NCBI GenBank assembly: GCA_040954595.2
Contig: CM082584.2
Coordinates: 6,266,110 to 6,330,109, forward strand
DNA length: 64,000 nt
Direction of reading: 5' to 3'
Source of the DNA: Balanoglossus misakiensis
Lineage: Eukaryota; Animalia; Hemichordata
In this document: positions 1 through 11,475 of the stretch, piece by piece
Layout: each line of letters starts with the position of its first letter
How positions within the stretch are numbered: position 1 is the first letter of the stretch
Made by a program: the position numbers and the translations under genes
Notes under the pieces: model-generated
The model's input: the letters and a program-made list of their open reading frames with translations, nothing else
The model's database searches: none
What the model was told of the DNA's origin: nothing

Positions 1-1592
1 AGGGTGCAGGCACACGGGCGCCGCGGTCGCAGAATTGAAGTAGCGATTGTCGCTCGACAAAGGGTTCACCTACAACTCAATACAGTTTATCTCTCAGACT
101 CTGCTCTTGAACTGTGGTGGTGACTTATTACCCTACTAGTAAATTCCGAGCAAGGAAATAGATTTTCGAAAAATGTAAAATATCAATATAAGACATTTGG
201 TGCTTTAAAGGGTGGATTTGCTTACCTGCTTCAGCTCAACGTGGGTTATCTCTGTTTGTCCGTTCCCTTGTAGAGAGTGACACGCCCGTGACTGTGCAAT
301 ACCAAGAACTACACGCATGCGCAAAAACATTCGCACTAAAATTACTGGAAATTATAGTGAAAGTGTCTGTTGGAATTGTCAAAAGTCGCTCCATGTACTT
401 CAGTGGATGTGGAAAACCTACTGAATGTTTTCTACTAGTACTTTTTATGGAGGACACTTCAACATTTTATTTTTCAAGCATCAGTTGGTCTTTTTTTTAA
501 ATGGCGATGATTGTTTTCGGGTTTGCTTTTTATTACACTTCAACGTGCGTTGTTCAATTTGCGGTGCCATTTGCACATTTACGAAACACCTCCAAGTATA
601 TTACCATTTGTGTGATTGGTTTGAACTTTATGCGGATGGCTACGAGTGGCTTGGGATCAAGTTTTGTCGTTTTGGGTTTTAAAATCTTAATCTACAATCT
701 TCCTTAGAGGCTAGATTTAACCTTTGAAATCAGCGCTTAGTTGGCGCAGTGAGTCAACAGTGTGAACTCTACGCGTGCGCATATCCATTTTACATCAGCA
801 CATATCCATTTTAGAAATTATCATTTTCAAAACACATTTTTCTTTCGTGCATGCATGAATTTAATATCCTATATGCTTAAATGGAATTTTGAAACTGGCA
901 AGTAAACTAAAGACAAGTCAAACCAAACCAAACCAAACCAAAACGAAACGAACCATAATGGTGTACAACTATTATAAGAGTTTTCTAGCACATAGTCTAT
1001 AAGAGGTCTTTTATAGTATCTCCTTGCTCCTTAAGCCCGTTGCTGACGAAAAATACTTCAAGATTCATTTGATGAGGTTTCCCTCTCACCAAGTGATCTG
1101 CAGTGTGGGGCTGACCTCTTCGCTTACACTGCAACAGAGAGAAAGCTTAGTTAGTTTGACGTCACCGGAGGCGTATAGAGAGCAAAGAATTCCAATTTTG
1201 TCATTTTTCGGCGCCTGACAGTTTCAAAATTACATAGGTTTCGCTTCTGATAGTTTAATATGTATGACGTGACTCATTTCAACCTGGAACAAGGACGCGT
1301 TGGTGACTTAAGGATATTCTTCTATGTGAAAGGTCATGGAACATGTGTTCAAAGGTGTTCATTATAGGCAGGTTTCGAGATTAAGACAGGTTAATAAGCA
1401 TGACGTGATTCATTTCCACCTGTACCAAAGACTGTTTAAAAGACTTAATGGCAACTATCCTCCTGTTGTACAGGTTTCATGCAGTAAACAACAATAAAAG
1501 CTCCAACAAAACCATACACAATTTCAGTGATAACTTCGTTAGCTTATCATATATAGTTGTAATGCGCGGAGTATTATCCCTAGATCACTTAC

Positions 1593-4500
1593 CGACATTT
1601 TCACAGTAAGTTCCAGTCCAGCCAAGCTCACAATTGCATGTAAACTGGTTGCAATCATGCACAAGACAACTGCCACTGTTAAGACAGGGGCCGAATTCGC
1701 ATGGGTTCGTATATAGATTGGCTGCATGGTCACGGGAAGATGACGACCGTTTGAAAGGAGATAAATATACCAGTAAGTGGCATGAATAGAAGACATTGAA
1801 ATTTGCGGATTTTGCAGTCATTGGATATGCGGTTTAACGTGAAATGTGCTAATAACTAAAATTATTATACATCTAGTGCCGAGAACAATAGATTTTGGCG
1901 TGCAATAAAAAGCCTTACGGAACGGTACGTACGGAACGCGCGTTAAATAAGTGTTAGGTTTCAAGGCGCCCCAACTCACCGTGTACAGGTATGCGTTGTT
2001 ATGCGGACGGTTTCAAGACACCCCCACTCCAACGCACGCGCACGTACGTAAACAAAAAAGAAAGATGGCTGCTCACTGAGCGGTTTTCGATCGATTGTAT
2101 CGGCATTTTGGGCGTTTTGAAAGCCAAGTAACATGCAAAACAAGAACTATCGGAGATGTAAGATGTATGATAATAAGGTTACGCGTCGGGCGATACTCAG
2201 CGCTAATGTCCTCGTGCATACTTTGCGGTATTTTCGTAATAACCTCATAGTCTATCAATCGCGCGTACATAAGAACCACTTCTCTGCATTGTTCACGCCT
2301 TATTCTGTTCAACTTACTCTCTGTTTCACAAACGCACGTATAGTTCGAACATCCCTGGTCATTCTGACAGGTTGCACCGTTTTGACATGGGTTTGATGAA
2401 CAAGGTTGTGTCATGGCTGCAAACAATAAAATGTTAAGCAATAGCATGGGATGATTTCTTGTGGAGCTGAGGTATACATGCATCTCTTTTATAAGCATGT
2501 CTCATTTAGGTCCAATATATGATTTAATGCGCCACTTTTTATGAACTGTTCATTGCTTGTGCTCGGTGTCATAAAACCTAAGTATACGTGCAAGGCATGC
2601 GCATTGAAGCCTGGGATACTATTTTGTCATGTGTACATAAAACAGTATAGAAGTATGGCGGATAGGTGCTTGCAAATATTGCCACGTGGATTTGATTGTG
2701 TTAACATTAAACACGTCGGACATGATAAAAAATATTTATCACATGAACTGGCCCTGATCACCACCTGTGTGACGTAGACCAGGACAGATCAAAAATCCAG
2801 ATCACCCCTGTGTTACGTCATCAACCGGAACTATTTCCACCGATTCGCCGTAGCTTTGTTGTCAAACAGAAACAGTACGTGTAGCGCGCGGCATTTACAA
2901 TACAGAAATGAAACAAAAAATGACGGTTCCATGACAATAACGCTTTGTAAGCTCAAAACAGAAAGGTGGAATTTGGAAAGAAGACAGTCGACGCAACGAT
3001 CATAGACGATCGTGGCTGTCAAAGTTTTGGGTCAGGTGTACATAGCCTAGGCTAGGCGCAAGTCCAGTACGTTCCGAGTCGAATCAATGTGGGCAATTGT
3101 TTCGAGCCAGTTCAGCGTGACGACTGAACCTCTATATTCCACCGGTCAACGAAATGTATAAAGACGTGGCAACAGGTTGCAGTAAAATTGTTAGAGAATC
3201 GATTACATTTGTGTAAGGCCGAACTTCGAGCGAACGGAACTCAACGGGACGACTTGTTGGGGGATTTTATGAATGATCAGCGATAGTTCATCATTTGCGT
3301 ATTTGCAAATGATGAACTATCGCTGATCATTCATAAAATCTCCCAACATATATCTCCTGGGGGAAATAATCCCGCTCAGTAAAATACGACACCGCTCCAA
3401 AATTGTTGCAAGGTACTGAATTTTTTTAGTCCTACCTCTTCTAACGAAAAATAAGAAGACTGTTCATGTGATAAATATGTAATCCCATGATATCTTTCTT
3501 TGTTTAACGTCATCGTATACTCGTGGTTTTCGCGGAAGCGTACAACTTCTCGCCTGCGGCTCGAAATTGCACTGCTCGCGAAAACCACTCGTATACGATG
3601 ACGTCAAACAAAGAAAGATATCATGGGATTATATGTAAATACAGCCATGTGACAGAAGAATTAAAACCCCGATAACTTCATTAATAAGCACGTCTATCCG
3701 CCGACTAATTGTTGATAACCAAATCAAAATAAGATGGCAGTAGCATACATACGTGTTTCGCAAAGATCGCCGGTATAACAGTTCGGACATAGACAGGTGA
3801 AGTTTACACAGTCGTCTGTAGTACTGCATGTGCCACCATTCTTACACAGTTGATGCTGACACATAGTTAGGACTGGGCAGGAAGGAAACAAAAAAACACT
3901 CATACGAGAATATTTCAGTGGTATATGTTACGTGTATGTATGTATGTATGTATGTATGTATGTATGTATGTATGTATGTATGTATGTATGTATGTATGTA
4001 TGTATGCATGTCTTGCGTATACTATAATGGTTTGTTCCCTCGAGAATGTTTTAACACTGTTGGTGCCGTGCGTCACATTTCTCAAGGTATGAATGAACAT
4101 ATGAACCTAATTCAATACATATCGATTTCACAGGTGATGCCTCTGTTGCACCGAGGACATTGATGTACAGCTGTGTATGTATTTGAATTAAAGTTATATA
4201 GTGAAATGCATTAGTTTTAACTTTGAATATACATACTAGAATCACAGTTGATGCCTGTGAAACACCCAGGACATTCGCACACGTACCCGGCTGAATCACT
4301 TGGTTTTGTACATGTACCACCATTGATACACGGATTGGGATTGCAAGAATCAACGGCTGTATAATGAAGGAGATGAAATTGAGTGAACAGGACCATAATT
4401 CATTGACAAATTCCCTGAAACCCCTCTGATGGCGTGATACTTCATAAAAGTGGCTGTAAATTCCGTGAAAAATACCGTCAGACTCTTCTGGTATAGTGAA

Positions 4501-6446
4501 GCTTCATAGAGGAATATACTAAAACACGTGTAAGGCGAAAGGTACTCTCTGATAAAATTTGGAAACACAGTATATAGGTATTAAATGCATTTACTATAGT
4601 TATGATAGTAATATGATAGTTTGTTCACTCGACAATGCATGTACACTGACTCCATGCGTAATACTTCTAGAAGCATGAACATCTTTTAAGCGTGTTTTAT
4701 ATTAAACTAATTCAATACATACTGATTACACAAATGCACATGAATCGCTTAAATAGGCGTGACGTATACCCCAGACTGTTAATAAACTGTATATTTAAGA
4801 ATTGCAGTTCTATGATATCTAAACAGTTTATTACATTTTGAAATGTATACAAGTTTGGGTAAATTAGAACACATGTCACATACCTGTTTCACAGTTGTTG
4901 CCAGTGTAGTTCGGTAGACAGTCGCACCAATACCTATCTGTTAGTGTACTTAACAGGACACACGTGCCACTGTTGTTGCACGGATTGGGATTGCAGGGAC
5001 CAAGACCTGGCATGAAGATGTTGACATAACGTGAAATTTACACTGACGCCATGTGTTATACTGCTCAAGGTATGGGTAATCATATTTTAAGCATGTTTTC
5101 TATCAAATGCTATCAAACTTATTCAATTCATATTGATTTCATGAGGAATAGTTTCATGAGGTCCGATTTATACCAGCATAAGTATATGTATTGGGTTTGC
5201 GATACCCCTTTATTTGAAATGTTCATAAGTTTATGTAAATGAGAATTAACATAATACCAGATTCACAGTTGTTGCCACTGTAGCCCTCAAGACATTGGCA
5301 CACGTGCTCGGCTGTTGAAGAAGAATCGCTTGACTGTGTACATGTACCCCCGTTGACACACGGATTTGGATTACAGGGATCGACAGCTGAAACGAAGGAG
5401 CTGAGATTGAGTGAACAAGGCTATAATTAATTGACAGATTCCCTCCAACCATTCTCATGCCGTGATGCTTCAGAGAGGAATATGCGAAAACACCTGTAAA
5501 ATAACTTCTCTGGAAGGCGGAAGGTACTCTCTGATAAAAAATTGGAAACCTACCATATAGGACAAGAGTTAAAACAAAACAAAAACGATCTTTTGGGCAT
5601 TAGGGAAGAAAATAAACCAGAAAACCGAACATGCGGGCACAAAGACACGACAAAAAAATAAATTTTGGCGAAGGGAGCAAAGATAGCATGTGGTATAAAA
5701 AGCACAAACACGTCTCCGTACAGTAGAAAATATCGGCTGGTTGAGACTTTTGTGTAAAAATTTTACATGTATGACTGAGATATACAGGAATAGTGAAAGT
5801 CGAAAAGCTTGAAAAAGAACTTTAAGCTTATAGCAAAAGACAAAACAACTAAAAAGAGGGGGGGGGGTGTATGGGCAGCCAAAAATGGTAAGGAGCAGAA
5901 TAAAACATTAATCCAGAAAAATCATTTAGTAAAAGATGAATATAATTTTGGGGCGAAATTAAGATGATTTGCGTGAACTATACATGTACGTTTTAGCAAA
6001 CATCTGATAAATAATTAGCCGCGGCAACGATGACTATCAACTGATTGTTTTCTTGGCCTTGATTGTGTTATTTGGTCGTTCTTTTTGCTATTTCAAGGGC
6101 AAATTGAATACAAAAAACGTACTCAACGATAGATACAACCCGATTAAATTTGAAATTAATTTCACTCACCCGATTCTAGTTTGAAGTGTTCTGCAAGAAA
6201 CATTAAGATTTGGTTCGTTGTTTGTATTTGAAACTCTAGCTCGATGATTCTATCTCGCTGCTCAGCATTTTCCTGCATAACGTGAACTACGTCGACGTTC
6301 TCGAAGTTCTGCAGGCAGCTTTCTACCTCCTGCCGCGACTGGGTGAAAATAAAGGCGCATAGGCTGCTGAATTCAATACATGTCTGCCCGCTCGCTTCTA
6401 CGAGGACGGCGGACAGGGTGAGCAACACGCACAGATAACGCAGCAT
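1593..6446 (-). CDS. Secreted EGF-repeat protein (signal peptide, Cys/coiled-coil region, 6 EGF-like modules); 3' end not resolved
   Basis: Exons with AG/GT borders, all introns phase 1: 6446-6170 ([20 protein letters not shown] signal peptide plus heptad-like [24 protein letters not shown]), 5386-5258 ([29 protein letters not shown]), 5006-4884 ([28 protein letters not shown]), 4356-4237 ([28 protein letters not shown]), 3872-3753 ([27 protein letters not shown]), 2416-2318 ([22 protein letters not shown]), 1721-1593 ([29 protein letters not shown]). Each EGF exon is a multiple of 3. Confidence 0.85.
2735..3638. mobile_element. Non-autonomous hairpin-rich DNA element, family A, copy 1 (in an EGF-gene intron)
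   Basis: Near-identical to 12094-13003. 14-bp inverted repeat TTTATCACATGAAC (2735) / GTTCATGTGATAAA (3462-3475), internal near-perfect hairpin at about 3255-3348, terminal long hairpin at about 3476-3633. No transposase ORF. Confidence 0.85.
3933..4006. repeat. (TATG)n microsatellite
   Basis: Tetranucleotide tandem run seen directly. Confidence 0.95.
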
Positions 6447-8185
6447 AGCTCTATCGCCTGCAGTCGAAAGTTGTATGCCCTTCACCAAGAGAGGCACTTA
6501 CATGCACATGCAAGAATGAGCTGCATTTAAAGAAACAGATGTCGCGTGGACTGAGGTACATGTATGTGCGTTATTGCGAGAAGCGGGAAAATCAAAACTG
6601 TCTGTTAGCTCTGCTCGATATTTCCGTTGGTTTTATTTTACATTGACTTTTGGGCAGGGTTAACGTATTCTGTATTAAAGAGATAAAAAACATCCGTCCA
6701 TCCATCCATTCATTCACCTGCTTTGGTCCCAGATTTACCATGTCGTCTAATTGCCCAACACTTTAATTGTGTGCTAAACAGTTATGCTAGAAAATTTGTA
6801 TTGCTCGTCTATTAATCTTTCGAGGATAGCATTTTCCAAAGTTTAATCCCACACTCTTATACCACAATTAATTTGCACTAAATAACTTACTTGAAATCCC
6901 CTTTGAATTTCATCTTTATGACAAGAAAATGTTCGACCAAGATGGCAAATTTTGCCTAAAAACGGCAACATTTAAGGAAAATGCGCAGAAAGTCACTTTT
7001 TCATCTCCGGTTTACCATTTTCAACTTTCCATACCGTACCCTCTCAGGATTTTAGTGTTTCAGTGTAAGTTATTTTCATGTTTTACGACATACGGTTTTC
7101 CGTATTTTCGAGACACTATACCTGCTCTCGACCAGGAGATAGTTTTGTCCACATTTGCGCAGACTATGTTTGTACCCTTCATACCGCGGGGTTTTTTTGT
7201 CGTCTTTCCAAAAAAGGCTACTTTTGTCTCTCTTCGCCTGCATATTTTCCTCGATGTCTATTGATATCTGAAACGGCCTGCTCTCAGCCATGAGATATTT
7301 CCACATTTGAGCAGGTGTGTCTGTACCCTCTATACCACGTGACCTTTGTTCCTTTCTCCCCTAAAAATCCTGTCTCTTTTTATCCTCTCTTTTCGACTTT
7401 CTGCATAATTTGAGAGGTTCACTGGATTATCCTGCAGACTAAATAAATGTGAGGATCTACGGGGATCTCTAGAATATATGCGCCCAAAATGCATAAGTTT
7501 ATCGACTTTTCCAAAAAAAATGTAACGTTGGTTTATTCTGAATGGAGCCTGTCATTTGACACTACACAGCTTGCGACCCATAAGAGGATCGACTTTCATG
7601 TTCGACACGACAAATTAGCATTCCTGGATTTGACTCATCAGAATAAGTATAGCAGTTTAATCCGAGTTACACTTGACTTTGTCCATTTTGGTCAGTCTTG
7701 AAGGCGTAGCGTGCGGCAGAGCTGCGCTAACACATCCCGGACACCTGGTACCATCCCTTGGCAGTTGATGAAGACGACCCATGTAATTGTCAGTTTGGTC
7801 TTGTCTATCGGACTCGGCAATTTGCTTTATTCAATGTGACTTTTGGTTTCTTCTGAAACGGGAAAATGGACATTTGATTGCAAAAAGACAAATTGATTTC
7901 ATAAACTAATTCAATTACCCCCATTAAATATCCCCGTTTGTAAACATGGCTCTCATTGGCGTACGGACATTGGAGGCATCCATCTTCTTTATGATCACGT
8001 GGTCTTTGTTTCATTATATTAATATGCGGGCAAGGTTTTTGACCAAGATCATCGGCATCGGGCCGTACCTGACCCCTTTCCTTTTTGCGCAGCGCAGCCA
8101 GCGGTGGGAATGGGGCAGGGGACCAGACTAGTCACCGGAAGCGGGGCGGTGTCAATCTCATGACGGACGAAACGACTGAGGCAAA

Positions 8186-10733
8186 ATGAACGAAGACGGT
8201 TGGCAGTGGTATTCGGCGAACAGACAGTTCCAACACCACGTGGGCGTGGAACTTTTGTCCCTGTGGAAAGACGACTGGAGTGCTGAAGAAGTTGTCTTGG
8301 ACGTTGGCTGTGGGACAGGAGAATTAACAAAACTGATAGGCGAGCGAAGCGATGTGAAAACGATAATTGGTGAGAGAGCTAGCCATTTGCCAGTCATTCA
8401 GTGGACGTGATGGTATGATGGCCGCTGGCGGTGCGGGTGAATCGTGAGTCCAATTCGCATGGGAAAAGGAACAGGAAGACATTTTTGGTGGGGGTGATTG
8501 AGTCGCGAATCTCAAGCGTGACTCCGCCAGAAGCCCGATATAATATAGCCTGAGTATGTGCGTAGGTCAGGAGTAAACGTCCAATGTCATTTGTGTTTAG
8601 CAGTACCGATAAAATTAGACTGGCCATTCAGATTTAAATTAGTATGTCCTTCCTCTTTTTAATTGGCAGAACAGACAACTGTGACCTCGATTTCCGCCAA
8701 TTGCAGCGACAGCGTTCATGGCATCACGTTGAGGCTGCCGCGCATTTTACAGCGCTAACCAGCGTGTACAGATGTTTGGCGGCAAAAATTTGAGTGTGGA
8801 AGCGTACATTTCTCACATCAAGTCTTTCAGTAAAGTAGAGTTCACAAATAAAGCGCTTCTGCGGGGAGAATTGAGAGGAGGACTGCGCTTGAAAAATCCG
8901 ACGCTATGCCAGCGGGTCCCCATGTACGTGCATGCATGGAAGCTTGAACACATTTAAAGGGTCAACTACAGCGTTTCAAGTTCTCCGTGGCGGGAAGTAA
9001 TTCTCAACTGCGCACGTTTTCAAGTTCTATCGCGCTTTTCAGTTCGCAAATACGTCGTTGCAGTTCGCCACGCCGGTTTCTTAGGTACCCCTGAAATATA
9101 CCGTGCCTACATGCAGGGCTCCGTTAGTTCTTGTTCATGGCCAGAAACTGGGCACCAAGTTAGTCAAACTATACTGTGAGAGTACAGCACGTTACCGCTG
9201 CGAAGTCCGATAACTGTACTATTACAGTGGTATACAAATTTCCATTATACAGGCATTGATGTTTCCGCCAAGGCGATAGATTTGGCACGGCAGAGGAATC
9301 ATATCGAGGGCAAGACCAAGTACCTGGTGGCTGACCTGGGGAACATACAAGAAACGCACAGCGAGTTGGGAAATGCCTTCACCAAGGTGTACAGTAACAT
9401 GGCTCTCCATTGGATGGAAAATCCAGAGAAGCTGTTTAAGAACGTCTGCTGGTGTTTGAAACAGCGTGGCACGTTTGTGTTTGATTTTGAGAAAACCGAC
9501 GAGGACTGCAAGTACGACTATATATGTGAAAACAGCATCACACATCCAAGATGGGAGAGCTATCTGAAAGTAAGCAATTTATTTATCGTGCTTGTAACCA
9601 TCCAGGAAAATTAATTAGTTTAGTATAGGGAGACTCAAACAAAATTTGTAGGTTAAAATAATTACTACAAAAGCTATATAGAAAGCATTATGTCCCGCCC
9701 ACATTTTGCGAAGCGGTTGCTACAAAACAGTACCTCCTAATAGACGAGACCCCTTTTCACTCCAATGTCAGTGTTTTCATGGCCCAGAAGATACACATCC
9801 AATCTTTCTCCCTATAAGCTATCTATAGCCGGGTCCTAAATGTGCGCAGACTCCAGCGTCGGTATGTTTTCCAAACACCAATCGCGCCTGATTGGAAAGG
9901 TGTGTGTTGTCAATCGTGTACGACCATTGTCAATACACGCAGTTGTTTCTATTACGATTCGTCCCAATAAGATGACACCCTTCATCATCTTTGTTGTCTC
10001 TTTGAATTGACAGGATTTCCGAAATGGTGCTCATCTCTTCGACGGCGGTGTCGATGAAATGGGTGCCATGGCGTCACGGGCTGGCTTCAAGACAAGTCCC
10101 CGAGTGATTGGAGTAAAACGCCGTGACTTGACACTGGACACGTTTGACAAATTTGAAGGCGAGTCAATGATCAACACACACATAGATCACCCGCTTTTCA
10201 GTTTCTGATATCGATTTTTACAGAACATATATCATGCAAACTTCTGAGTGATATCTGGCTCCCGGTTGTATATGACAGAATAAGCTGGTCCAATACATGA
10301 AATTGCCACAACTTCAGTATGTAAAGCTGCACGCGAAATGTTAGAATTTCAAAAGTCATCCATTTTAATGACAGTTTGTCAGATTTTAAACCATCATTTG
10401 TACTTGCACTGTGCATGACGTGTGAAACCGACTGTCTGAACGTTCTTGCTATGGTCGTGTGCGCTGACTTGCTAAATTGCAACACGGATCTGAATTGGGT
10501 TCCGAGTTCGAATTCCGTGAATTTGACGTTTTGAAGAACTGTGACCATCTCGGTTTTGTCTCTCTGTAGAATGCGCGAAACCGGTTCTGGGACAACTTAA
10601 TCTGATACCACCTGACTTACACAGAGATTTCCTCGAAGACTGTTTTGCGATGTTCCGTGATGTAGCACCAACTACCGAAGACGGGAAACCTTATTATCTT
10701 TACCGTTCCTTTGTTTGTAAACTAGAAAAGTGA
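8186..10733 (+). CDS. Class I SAM-dependent methyltransferase, juvenile hormone acid O-methyltransferase (JHAMT)-like, paralog 1
   Basis: Exons 8186-8369, 9253-9569, 10014-10158, 10570-10733 splice in frame. Motif I VVLDVGCGTG, motif II GIDVS, FTKVYSNMALHW, HPRWESYLKDF and C-terminal IPPDLHRDFLED follow the JHAMT family pattern. Intron 3 has a GC donor. Confidence 0.85.
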
Positions 10734-11475
10734 TAGCGCCACACGAGGACAAGACAACAAAGAAAGGACGCCTAGCGTTCTGTACAAACAGCGAATGTAC
10801 CGACTGCGCATGCACACTGAGATCACTGAATATTCACCTACATAATAGCTAAACACATTGTACTCTAGTCGTTTGATAGTGTAGCTATACCTTCCCGTTT
10901 TGAGTTTATGGAGGTCTGACAGTTTCAAACTTGAACATTTGGACGTGAATGCAAGAGCATGAAATCACTGTATGAGGACACAGCTGCATGTTGCCAAAGC
11001 TCCAAAAACTATCTGAGATTCTTCCAACGCACTGGCGCAGCATTTTGTGGAAACACGTCCTACACGACAGAATCATGTGCCCTCTGCCATCCGAGATGGT
11101 TGCGTAACTTTGTAATTGTGTAATACCATTGTTTTATCGATGATATAAATGTATTGTTCATGTCCGTGCCTTTACAAGACAAGTTTCCCATTTAAAGGGA
11201 CAATAAAGTTCAATAATACATGTCATAGTATTTAATGATGCATACATTGGCGATAAAAAGTGATACCTTACCCAGACCAATCGACCTGTTTAAAAGCAGA
11301 TTTCTCACTATAAGTTGCACAGTTCATAACAGTTTGTTTATAATGCCCTAATACATGTAAACACACAAGGTACAGAGGGAAATGTTGCCCGAACTGCACG
11401 TGTGTGTCTTTTCTTATACGAACACACCAACATTATACCGAGTTGGTAAAAATGTGTTAACTTCCATGCACAATT

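Noticed and set aside
731-780. tRNA A-box-like sequence TGGCGCAGTGAG
   Set aside because: No B-box or cloverleaf follows.
6780-7510. Possible transposon remnant with recurring GTACCCT motifs
   Set aside because: No termini or second copy in the window, so the boundaries are unsupported.
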